A DNA stretch of 63,572 nt, the filler included, from Choristocarpus tenellus KU-1152 (lineage: Eukaryota > Protista > Phaeophyceae): the NCBI GenBank assembly GCA_964200185.2. It is 9 parts of 9 records of this genome, joined end to end, with 100 filler letters (N's around TTAATTAATTAA, not from the genome) between each part and the next. Parts side by side here need not be neighbours in the genome. Positions count along the whole stretch, not along the records: positions 30,709 to 40,366 come from CAXNAD020003500.1; positions 40,467 to 49,068 come from CAXNAD020004541.1; positions 49,169 to 63,572 come from CAXNAD020001201.1; 6 more parts are not named here. One strand, written 5' to 3'. The position numbers and the translations under genes are program-made. Positions 38,593 through 50,190 of this stretch are shown piece after piece (positions within the stretch are counted from its first letter, which is position 1; each line of letters starts with the position of its first letter). Under the pieces are notes generated by a model. That model saw only the letters and a program-made list of their open reading frames with translations. It was not told where the DNA came from and did not search any database.

Positions 38593-41500
38593 TGTGGCTC
38601 TGTATTGACTTGGCTTAGAACCTATGAGTAGTATGAGAGTGCCAGGAAAGAAGCAAGGGGGTAACCCTGTGTCCCAAGGCTTTGTCTTTCAGCCGAGTTA
38701 GAGTCAAGTTTGGATCAATTTATTCTCACTGTGTAAGCACCATCTGTGTGCTTGACATGACTGTGGGCCTAGAGATAGGGTTAGCAGTAAAGTAATCAAC
38801 AATCGTCTAAAAGTGTTTTTTGAAAAGAGCAAAATCATAATACAGGTGAATCAAAGTAAACGGAGGTACCCAAGGTTTTGTCCGTTTTTCATTTCAAGCC
38901 AGTTTTTTCAATCTTTTGCAATTCACCAATATATTATATTTTTATTTCTATGGATGAAGTGCTAAATTTGACTTGAGAGCATTGATTTCTCTATCACTTG
39001 AAAACGTTTTGACACAATTCAGAAAATATCCAGTAACACTTGTAAAAAACAAACAAACGAATTTTACACGTATTTGTTGGCATCCTAAAAATAAAAAGAC
39101 TACTCTGGGTACCTCTCAGCTACTTCGACTCTTTACTGCCTTAAGTCAGGACATGGTAGTCGCCGTCCACGTATAACAAACTGTGGTGTCTGTCTAGACC
39201 GTCTGTCTTTCATGAGGGAGAACATGAGACAAGAGTAATTAGGAAAAAATGTCAAGAGGGGGGACCGATTCATTGTCATTTTGAGGTTCAAGGCCCTTTC
39301 AACTTGTGCAATATTCATCATGGCCATGCCTGATATGCAGGTATACTCTCCTTGGTAGGGCATAGTTGCAGGAGAGAAGACTAGCCGTGGACACATTTTG
39401 TAGCTCAAAGTGTCTTTCACAGTCCTCAAAACAAGCATGCCATAGGGGCCCTGATGACTCAACAACATCCCCCTCTAGGATGATACGAACCAAATATCGT
39501 AGTAATGCAAATCATACCCCGATGATGTCGTTTGCCTCTGAGTGTTTTTTATAGAATTCAATTATTGGACTAATTGTAGCTCTGTTATACTGTGGGAGTG
39601 AATCTACTGTTCTTCCTGTCCGATTTGACAACTATGACAACATATGAGTGCGCCTTATGTGTTTCATTTAATAACCTTGGGTAGAAATAATGATCACATT
39701 TAGTGGGTAGCAGTCATCAGACCACTCGACTCAGTACAGGACGGCAAGCTCCTCAAATCTCCAAGTGCCCTGTGCCTTTCACAGAATTGCAAACACGCGA
39801 ACATCCTGGAGTATAGTATTATAGTATTTAGTATTTGCAAAGGATGTGTTGATGTAGTATTTACAAACACAGTCAATATTCCCTTTGCTAGGCAAAGAGC
39901 ATGACATCACCCCTTATAGGTGTAAGAGACAAGTCTGGTCCCTGACTTGGTTGGGGGCTCCGAGTACGATCCCAGCTACTTGCTGTAAAGGTAGGAATGG
40001 ACTTGTTCACCTGAATGGAACACTTAGGCTCTATTTTGTCAAATCTTCCATCCCAACTACCCTGCGTGGCGTTTGCTCCCGGGCTAGTAATCAAACTTCA
40101 ACTTGTCGCATCAAAATCGGAATTGTATTATAATATCATGATATCATAATATCATTAACAAAATATATATAAAAATATGCAACCCCCCCCCCAAAAAAAA
40201 ACTGCTACGGCAGCTACTGTCACAATTTTTCAACTTAGGTTTTTTCCTTTTTTTTATAGTAACTCTGTAAACTCTTCAGCCGATCGTTCACAGATAATAA
40301 AAATATACATTTTTTTTTTCCTCAATCAATGAATGAACGTAAGTATCTTGGGGGGGGGGGGAGGGGNNNNNNNNNNNNNNNNNNNNNNNNNNNNNNNNNN
40401 NNNNNNNNNNTTAATTAATTAANNNNNNNNNNNNNNNNNNNNNNNNNNNNNNNNNNNNNNNNNNNNGATGTGTGAGCATTGCGTCCCCCTCCCCTCCCCT
40501 CCCCTCCCCTTCCCCCCCCCCTCCCCATAGATTTATATTGATGTGACATTTACGACACTGTAGTTTTTGGAATGGGGTTTGGTTGTTGTGAATGGGTTCT
40601 CCCTGGTGTACCTCTTAAAGCTTTTGGTGTTGACAGTAGTGAAATTTGGGCATGACAGGCACCATTAAGAGTTTTGGTTGTTATTGGTTGAGTATTTTTT
40701 GGGTATTTGTTCAGTATGTTGATGGTGATGAAAGTGAAGAGTCTGTTGATGACTTTACATCGACGAGGTCAGCACTGCTACGCAATTAATTGCTGATTCA
40801 GAATATTTTTGAAAAAAAAATCACTCCCCCACCCCCCATCCCCTTCACCCCCTCACAAACGCCTTCCTATTGTTGTGATGTGTACTACATGTGTGGTGTA
40901 TTTTGAGTTGTCTGTCTGTTGGGATCAGTTTTGTTGCTATTGAATGTATCTGCATGGATGTTGCTATTTGAATGGGGTAGTTTTGAGTCTTTTGACATTT
41001 TTTATGGAAGTATTTAATGTTGGATAGTTGGAGGGGCGGACTTCTTGCTTTGGAGACTCTTCACGACAACCTCAGTATCTTCTTCTCAACTCCTTGCTCT
41101 CAACCTGGGACACCATAGGTTTGTTTTGTTATAGTCCACGGTTACATGCTCATATCTTAGCCCCTTTCTTGTGCTGAGGTAAGTCTTCCCATCTGGTAGC
41201 CCACCAACCCAACCTTTTCTGTAAGAGGAGAATTCCAACATGATGCGATAACTGCGAGGAGTGCTTCCTTTTGTTTCGTTGGTCCAAACAAAGATCTTGG
41301 AAGTTCCTTAAGATATCTTTCCTCTTCATACCTGACGTTGCCATCAAGGAGACCTCGTGACTTAGCTTCATGTATAGCGAATTCAGTGCCCTCTCAAGGG
41401 TGTGCACACCGTTTCTATATCGCAGATTGTTTTTGTTCAGGCCAGATGTGTGCTATGTGCGCATCAACTTTGCCTTGCGCCTTAATGCCCTACTCTCACC

Positions 41501-43759
41501 ATGAACTCCCTCCTCCTGATTGTACCCTCTCCTTGTGTGTTTTGTGTACATCAGAGGCCTACAACCTGCTCTTTGTCGTTGGTATATATTTGATCTGTGT
41601 TGTTCTGACGAAGGAGTTGGAGCTGCTATTTGTTGAAGTACTTGGTACCATTGAGTAGACATGTGTGTTGTTCGTACCATTGTTTTGGTTGTTTGTTGTA
41701 CTTGGTACATGGTATAGGATTGTGTCTGCTTGTGTGTTTTGGTTAGCAACAATTTTTTGTTCTCCAACCTCTTTACCTGTGGCATAACGTTGAAAGTTAC
41801 CATCAAGAAATATTTCACGATACAAAAGTAGAAGTACAACTTATCACCGAATGCCAAAATGTATAATTGAGGTGGCTCTGTTTGATTGGTGTTGATGATC
41901 AGGAGTTTCGCTTCCAAGTCTGTTCAACATCTTTGGTTTGTACTTTGTTGGGCATAGAGTATTGTGGTAACCTTGATGGCTGTTGATGACTGTCACTGCT
42001 GATCTGAGAAGAAAGCATTTGTGTAACCCCTGGTCCCTCTAATTGAACCTCTCTTTTGTCAGACTAGAACATAGGCTTGTTAGTCCGCCATAACTCTATG
42101 GCAGCAGCTGTCCCACCTGGTTGCTTCATGCTTTGAGTGTGTGTGTGTGAGTGTGTGTGTGTGTGTTCAGCAATATTTAATTTACTTTAACAGGATTCAG
42201 TATGGCTCTTTTTTTATGGCATTCCACTAGGGTTGCACTGCACCACACTGCTGAGGTCTGTTCGATGGGATCAGGGGGTTTGATGGCAGTAGCTGTAACC
42301 TTGCAAGTGGATGTTCCACAACATCCAACTAGAATCAAAGCAATCCTCGCACAAGTACTCGATTGCGTCCCAACACTTATTCCCCTTACACCTCTCTCCC
42401 TCTTCAACTCCTCTCACTGTGATTTTTTCAGTGATAAGCTTGCAGAAGTGTTCGAGGACGCTCCCCCCGTTGAGGAGGATAAGCGGGCCCACGACAAGGG
42501 GATAAAAGAGGATGAGGAGCCTGAAGAAGAGGAAAAGGAGAAGCAGGAGCAGGAGGTGAGGGCTTAACACTTAATGTGTAAGGTGATTCAATACTCCGAT
42601 TAAAACTGGGGGAGGGGGGAGGGTCTTTCTCACAAGATGAAAATAATTTTTAATTTTGTCCTGTTGTGGGCAGTTGCTTATGATAGGACGGTATGTGGAT
42701 TGGAACGCTTTAATTATGGTCTTGAGCACTAGTAGGGTGCTGTGGGTGGGTGTTCCTAGTAGTGGAGGGCATTGTGTTGCATGCTGCGTTGAGTGGGTCA
42801 GAGATTGAAATCATTGAAGTGCAGGGGTTCAAAGGTTTTTTTGAACTGATCTGTCCAAGTTGTAAGTGGCGACACATGGTGTCGTTACCATGTGTGGGAT
42901 GTTTTAAGAATAACGTTTCTGTTGAGATGTACATTTACATGAGTCTCTCCTCTTTGTGATCCCTCCACTGCCCTCTTGGTGGTTGTACAAATTCTGTGCT
43001 CCCCTGCAGTTTGCTCCTCCCCCCCCTGTGGTCTATTATGGTGTTGGAGGAATGAATACTGCTGGTGGAGGCATGGGTATCGGGTAAGAGTCCCCATATC
43101 AAAACATACATCACCTTTTATTGTCATTGTTTGTTTCTTTATGTGTTTGAATCGCTAGGTATTTATCTGCATTTGTTGTCCACACTCTGATTGTACAAAG
43201 AAGAACAGGAAATCAAGCAGAACTTTTGCCAGACCCCCTGATTGGTGTGTGTTGATTCCTACTTGCCCCATCATGTATCTGTTTTTGTTTTATTTCTCCC
43301 CTTGAACTACGACAGAAGGCGTGTGTGTGTGTGTGTGCTGTGGGGGGGTTCGGCATTGATAGGTTACCTGAGGAAAAACCCTATGATATTGGTAGAATGC
43401 ATGGTAGGAGGTTAGATAAAATGCTTGGTTTATTCATGTTGATCTTTGTCTTGAGTTTGACCTTACCAGAACACACACAGTACATCAATGCTTCCACCAT
43501 CCACTATAGTGTACCCTACCCTTACCACTCCATCCCCACTGTCCTTGGGTCAGAAAGGATCATCCGACCTCCCTGCCTGGCCCACCACTTCGGTCCAAAT
43601 ACCCACACCCTCACCCTCCCATCCTTATCCAGTGAAAAAGCAACCTACTATTGACGGTGATGAGACCTAATCGCGATAGAACCCTTAATCCTAAAAAAGA
43701 AACCACAACATTGAGGCTAGAAGGTTGAGCTCAACAAGGACTCGAAGTCAAGACACCCA

Positions 43760-43920
43760 ATCCCCTGAATCTTCAGACAAGAGTAGCTCTTCATGATTTC
43801 AAGACACTGACCAATCGAGATAAAGATATTCTAGTGAGAGCAACGGATGCAGGCCTTGGAGTTGCAGTTATCGATAATTCATGGTATGTCAATGAATGTC
43901 TTTGTAGACTTGCTGATTCA
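43760..43920 (+). pseudogene. Penelope-like retroelement fragment (region just before the RT core)
   Basis: NLQTRVALHDFKTLTNRDKDILVRATDAGLGVAVIDNSWYVNECLCRL resembles the PLE motif NL...AL..L....dI.i.paDKG...vv.d...Y......L. Confidence 0.6.
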
Positions 43921-45743
43921 GCAACGCCTGGTCACATTGAAGGATGAGGTCAATGAGGATGTCAAGTGCAAGAGCCAAACCATGATCCTTACTTTGTGCC
44001 AAGACCTAGGTCAAATAAATTTCACAATCAATATCCCTAAACTTAACCCTAATCCTGATTCGGAACAGGGATTGGGTCTAAGGAGTCCAGGGAAAAGATC
44101 TAGGTTAACTAGGGTACGTAGGTTAGCCAGTGACAGGTTAAGAACCCTGTTAAGAGAAACGATATGTCATTGAAGAGTTTGAGAAGGATTAGAAACCTAA
44201 TGCCGAGGAAAGCTCACGAATGCATTATCGCTAGAGCTAGGAGAAGACAAAACTCAAGAGTTGATAAAAGGTGCTGCAATTCATTCCCGATCTTCCCGAT
44301 ATCTGTGTCTGTTGGGAATTTCCGATTAGGCCTCAAAATCGTCAGGTAGGCGTATTTTTGACTATATGTCGTGGTGCTGTCTCGCAGAAGGAATGAATGA
44401 ATACTTCACCAGACCCAAACAATGCATCCCACGGAACAAGGTCTTTATCCCTGGCATTATGAATCACCTTATGTAGGTTATTGTTGGTAGAACCAAGCAG
44501 AAGATGATCCACTAATGATAATCCTCGTAAAGGCTCTTTTTTACCACCCCAGTCCTTAGTTCACTGGTTGACCTCTGTTTCCTCTTCTCCATACCACGCT
44601 CATGCCCTCAAAATGCCTTTTCTGCCCATGCCTCCATGACAGCCCTGGTCATCCCCAACAACAGCTGCATCCAGACCAGACCCACAATCAGCAGGCATAC
44701 AACCAGCAGGCATACAATCAGCAAGACCTTTACCAACAGCCTTTGGGTCCCTACTACAACCAGCCCCCTCAGCATCCTCCTCAGCATCAACACCCCCACC
44801 ATCAACACCCCCACCATCAACACCCCCACCATCCTCCCCACCATCAACACCCCCACTTTTAGGAATGTGCTTTTTATTCATGTGTAAAAGAAGATTCTGT
44901 GAAGAAACGATCTAAGGATAAAGAGACTGTATTCTGAATAATAGAAGATAAGGTTGGTTTTGAAGAAGAATATGGAAGAGTTCAGGAATAGGAAGCATTG
45001 TGGGAAACTAATTTCTGCTTAGTTTAATTTGTCATTCACGGAATAATATTGATTTGGTGGCAAGGACCCCCCCCCCCCCCATTTGACCTTTGAAGCTCAC
45101 TCTCGTTTCGTACACCTTCCTTACTTCATGTACAACCTGTTTTGCATAATAAGGAATTAATCGAGTTATTTACATACACAAGTCTTGGGAACATCTTTTT
45201 CGATAACACCCGTCCTGTGGGTGTGACGGGATCGAAGCCGGTTATGAGTCAAATGGAGTCTACATGGGAGTACATAGCGTGAACAAGTTGCAAAATCACC
45301 TTGGCGAAACATCTTCTGAGAGCCTTCGACTTCTGGAAACAGAGGTGGTGATAACCGCAGTGGTGGCCTGTGACAGCACAAGGCAAAGTGCTGAAGAGGA
45401 AGAAAGGTCTATCGACTTTACTTCCTGTGAGAGCTTGCAGCTGGTCTGGTCCACATAATTCGCAAGGCAAGATTTCACCTACGATTTTGTCTTTCATCGG
45501 ATGAGAGGTACACTATGCCCCAAACAGTGATGTAAACGATGGACCTGTCGGGACCTACTGCAGGGTAGAAGGCATATTACCTCCTCTCCTTCCCCTTTTT
45601 TATGTGCATCTTTGGGTTAACCAAAGGGGCAGAACTTCCTTTCAGTGTAGAACATCTTCCTCAACCAAACACGCTCTGAGTGCCTTCAGCTCTCCCCAAC
45701 AATCAGGTCTGTACAAAAGTGTTTGCGATCTCTGCTCTTAAAG

Positions 45744-48700
45744 TGTTGGATGATTCATCAAAGATTGCAAGCCTGACCCATGTCAATGTTGCAGTTGGAC
45801 TGTCAAAATTAAGCTTATTGGTATTCTGTGTCATTCAATGTTAGGATTGGTGAGCCCCACCTAGTGCAGGTATCTCACTCTCTTCTCAACTGTGATACAA
45901 GTTAATAAACAATATAACTGATTGTGTGGGACAACAGATCGTCAAGGTCAGCTTAACATGCTATAGTACCAACGTAAGTGTGCTAGCGTAGTTATTATAC
46001 TTGGATTTTAGCTATCACCAGGAAGGAGTCAAGATAAACCATGATGCCCAGATCAAGAATCGATTCCAGTCTTAACTCCATTGATGATGGAATGGAAGAA
46101 CTGACTATGACCCGAGGGGGGGGTGAAATACATGATGGGACATCAGCTTCACAAGGGGGCGAGGCTAGGGCTGGGGCAAGAGATACAGTAGCCATGGGGG
46201 CTAGACCCGTATTCACCCCGAAATTGAAACAGTATTCTTCAAAACAACCTGCGTTTAAGGGGGAACCAGGGACGTGGAGGAAATGGAGCAAAATGTTTCT
46301 TACGCACGCTCTCTCATCGGGATGGAGGGAGCCATTGGTTACAAAGGAGCATTTACGGGTACCGCCATTTGAGTATTTCCTGGCGGGTGTGGATCCGTAT
46401 CTGTACCATGTGACGACGCTTGCTATCAATGGACTGCAGGAGGCAACGGCAGGACCTGCGTTGGACATCGTGCTGAGATACGAGTCACCGAGTGAGGCGT
46501 TCGTCGCACTGGTGAACTATACCCATTCAGGCCAGACTGAGAGAAATTTGGTGAAAAGGCAATTGGTGGACATGGTACTGCAACCTGGAGGAGATCCTGC
46601 CAATATCATTAACCGGCAGGAGGCTCTTATAATGGAGTTAAAGAGCTTGGGAGGTACCGTTACAAAGGAAGATCGAGTTGGTTGGCTTTAAAATTCACTC
46701 GGCGAGGAATATCTGGACATCATGTCACAGATAGATGAAGAATCGGCGGAAGGAAGGATTAAATTGGAAAGATTAGTCCTCAAAAGATATGGACTGCGCT
46801 CCATTCAGGATCGGACTTGGCTGGGGTGAGAGCTGGCGCACTGGTGGCTGGACAACAATCCAGATGAAATGATGGACAACCCAGTTGCTGGGAATGTGGT
46901 GGACCTCACTTTCGGTCTAAATGTCCTCTCATCAAGAGACAGAAGGCGAGTGAAGGGGGTATTACATGTTTTGTATGCGGAGAAAAGGGACATCAAAGCT
47001 TCGAATGTCCACAAAGAAAATTGGGAGCGTCAAGGGGTCAGGAATCTTCGAACATCCAGAAGAAGAAGAATCGGATGGAGGGGAATGGTTCTAAGAACAA
47101 GGGAAGCGGACCAAAGTTGGGTGGATCTGGCGATGGACAACCGAGACTGGCGGGAGTTTCAGTAACCAATCAAGTGAGTTATCTTGCTAGTAAGGTAAAA
47201 TCACTTCCTTTCAAGAGGCCATCATGGGTTGAGGTTTGGATTTGGGACAGTGGAGCCACACATAATTTTACGACGACCAATAAAAACATGTTTAATTGGG
47301 AATCTTGTGATGGAACAGTTGCAGTTGGAGGTGGTGGAACACTTAACATTGTGGGAAAGGGGGACATCCAATTGGAATGTGTTCTGAGTGGTAAACTGGA
47401 AACTGTGGTGTTTACTAACGTACTTGTGGTGCCTGACCTTGAAGTGAACTTGTATTCTGCCAAGGCTTGCATGCGAGATGGACACAGTTTCAGGTCTATT
47501 GAATCCACTAGAATATCTACTTTTGGGGGCAACGGGGAAAGAAATCTCACCTTCACGTCATTGGGGGAGGAGGAATTATTCTCCCTAGGGATGCACAGAA
47601 TGGGTGTGAGCAATAGCCCCGATTCTACTAATGTCCCTACCACTGATGGAACGTCCGTTTCTTTCAAACCAAGCATTCACTTGGTCCGGAAAACTGTGTC
47701 GAGGGATTTGAATGAGCTGCACACGCGATTAGGTGATGTTCATCAGGGGTTGGACAGGAAAGACACTTTGGCGCAGAACATTTTGTTAACTGGAACATGA
47801 GAGCCATCTTGTTGAGGTTGCCCACTTGGCAAGGGTCATAGGCATCCAATTCCACAGGAGATGGAGAATCGTGTTTCGGTAAAGGTGGAAGATGTTTATG
47901 TGGACTGGACTGGAATGAACGCAACGTCAGAGGAGGAGGTTGTGATGTATGATGATCTCACTAAAGAGGGGGGTGTAGGCGATGTCGATTGTGGAGGATC
48001 GATTTTTGACACTACTACATTAGTGGATGATACTGTAGCGAAATGGACGCTTTCCCTTGAGGGGGTTAAGGTTAATGTCATTGTCCCAGAGGGGATTGTT
48101 GGGGGGAGGGACCTACCCCAAAGATGGGTCTGCGAGAGTTTGATCTAGGGGGGTCAACTAGTTCAAAAGCAACGTGAGTGGAGGATCCTTCAGCATTTGT
48201 TGAGCTCGCCCAGGGTGGGGCTGGAGCATTTGTCACTGTCCCATGGGGGCTGAGTGGGGATGGATTCTTGGAAGAGAAACAAGATGACTTTGGGTTCAGC
48301 ACTGAAGATTTGATACTAGAGGAAAATTCTTTGGGATCGGTAAAAGAGGTTCCAGAGGAGAAGACTTCAAAAGGCGTGTCTTCTGAAAAAATGGGTTTGA
48401 ATTTGGAACATGGACCTACTGATGATATGCTGAACACTGGTGCTGGTGATATGAATCCACGTATGTCACAGCCGGGGAGTGGTGGAAAGTTGTTACTGCG
48501 ACTAGTGAATCATAACCACGACTCCCCATCTGAACCTGGTGAACCATTGGAACGGACGGCAGATGTACTTGCGGGTGGGAGAGATAAAGCCCTCCTACCA
48601 GAACCTAAGACCATGAGAGCAGCGACAGAGTCTGAAGAGTGGCCTCTGTGGAAAGCTGCTATTCATGAAGAACTGGATGATCTGGATAGCAGGGTAGTGT

Positions 48701-49068
48701 AGATTCAACTACCTCGCTCCACTGATGGTCACAAGGCACTAGGGACAAATATGGTTTCTAACCCTAACCCAAGGCAGATGGATGGCAAAGGGAGAGTGCA
48801 GAGGTCCAAGGCGGGACTGGGACAACAAAAAAATTCTGCTGGTGCAAACTTTGCTGGAACTGGGCTTGGAACAATCTGAGGCAGATTCATGTCTGTTCAG
48901 AATGATTGTGGATGATGAGACTGTGATGATCGTGATTGTCCATATGGATGACATGCTGATGGCTGAGGAATCAGGGGCTAGTTATGCTGTGCATATCATT
49001 GAGGGACTTAATGAGAAGTTCCCAGTGGTGAATTTGGGTGAGGTAACCAAATTTATGGGATGCAGGAT
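45744..49068 (+). mobile_element. Degenerate Ty1/copia LTR retrotransposon, 3' end cut by the spacer
   Basis: Putative 5' LTR about 45744-45958 (TG..CA). Gag 46041-46800, protease WIWDSGATHNF, pre-integrase LHTRLG, RT motifs EPKTMRAA...WKAAIHEEL and LGLEQSEADSCLF...VHMDDML. Multiple stops and frameshifts. Confidence 0.92.
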
Positions 49069-50190
49069 NNNNNNNNNNNNNNNNNNNNNNNNNNNNNNNN
49101 NNNNNNNNNNNNTTAATTAATTAANNNNNNNNNNNNNNNNNNNNNNNNNNNNNNNNNNNNNNNNNNNNAACAGACCCCTCCTTGCCCATCTCCCTGGTGA
49201 CTCTAGCTTAAAACGCATGACTCGCCGAGATAATGCAGATATATATTGTTGTATTTCTTCTATATTCCTTAATTAATTCTATGCTCTATCAAAGTACATG
49301 TACTACATACAAGATATTTCGCACTAAAATTACATTATGTAGATAACAACAACAATAATAATGATAATGATAATGGTTTTCCCCTCACAAATCTGAAAAT
49401 GTTTTGAGGGGATAATAATATATAACGATGATGATGACGATAATATAATCATGAAAAATTAATGATGTCGTAACTAAGGCAGGGGAATGAACAGAAATAG
49501 GTTTGACTGAGAAAAACTCTCAAGATAATCTCTACGTCACAACAAAAATGCTATAGAATGGTAGTATGTTAATCAAGCTATTACCTACATATTATTAGTG
49601 AATAGATGAAATCATCAATCACAATTATTTATAGTTAGTTGCTTGTTATTGTAAACTAAAATTCCGCACTACTACCCTATGTCTCCCCTCTATTTTTCTT
49701 GTGCGTTGGGTTAGCCATACCATCCCTCCTTCATCCATCTCCTAACTCAAATCTTGTGCAAACCTTGTCCTGCCCCCACAATGAATGAATCCTTTCCATG
49801 ACCATCAAAGTTTACACACATAGAGGTAGGTAGGTGATTATTTTTTCCATCAATAATAATGTCGTTGGGACATGGTGAAAAAACTCAAATCCCCCTGAAA
49901 ATATGTATGTGTGATGTTGAAACCCCCCAATACATCATGATCATCAGATAGTATATCCAACACAACAAGTTGATTATGTGATGTGAAACGAGGAGTTACT
50001 GTTCCAAGGATTTCTTGATGTATATCAAATATTGATAGCATAGAGCACAATATTATTTAGTGACATACAACTCATGCGCGCGAATTGCGTGTATGAGATC
50101 GCCATTTCTCAAACTCAAATATAAAATCCGTACATCTACTCCCTCCTATTGTACTACTGTTATAGAGTTGCCTCTTGGTCCCAAATTTGG

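Noticed and set aside
38973-42567. Several 80-150 aa ORFs
   Set aside because: No motifs or consistent exon chains could be established.
45264-45458. Possible second copia pre-integrase remnant (VNKLQNHLG)
   Set aside because: Similarity too weak to support by eye.
4721-49168. Recurrent TTAATTAATTAA as a biological repeat or CRISPR-like array
   Set aside because: It is always centred in 88 Ns, so it is an assembly linker with six-frame stops.
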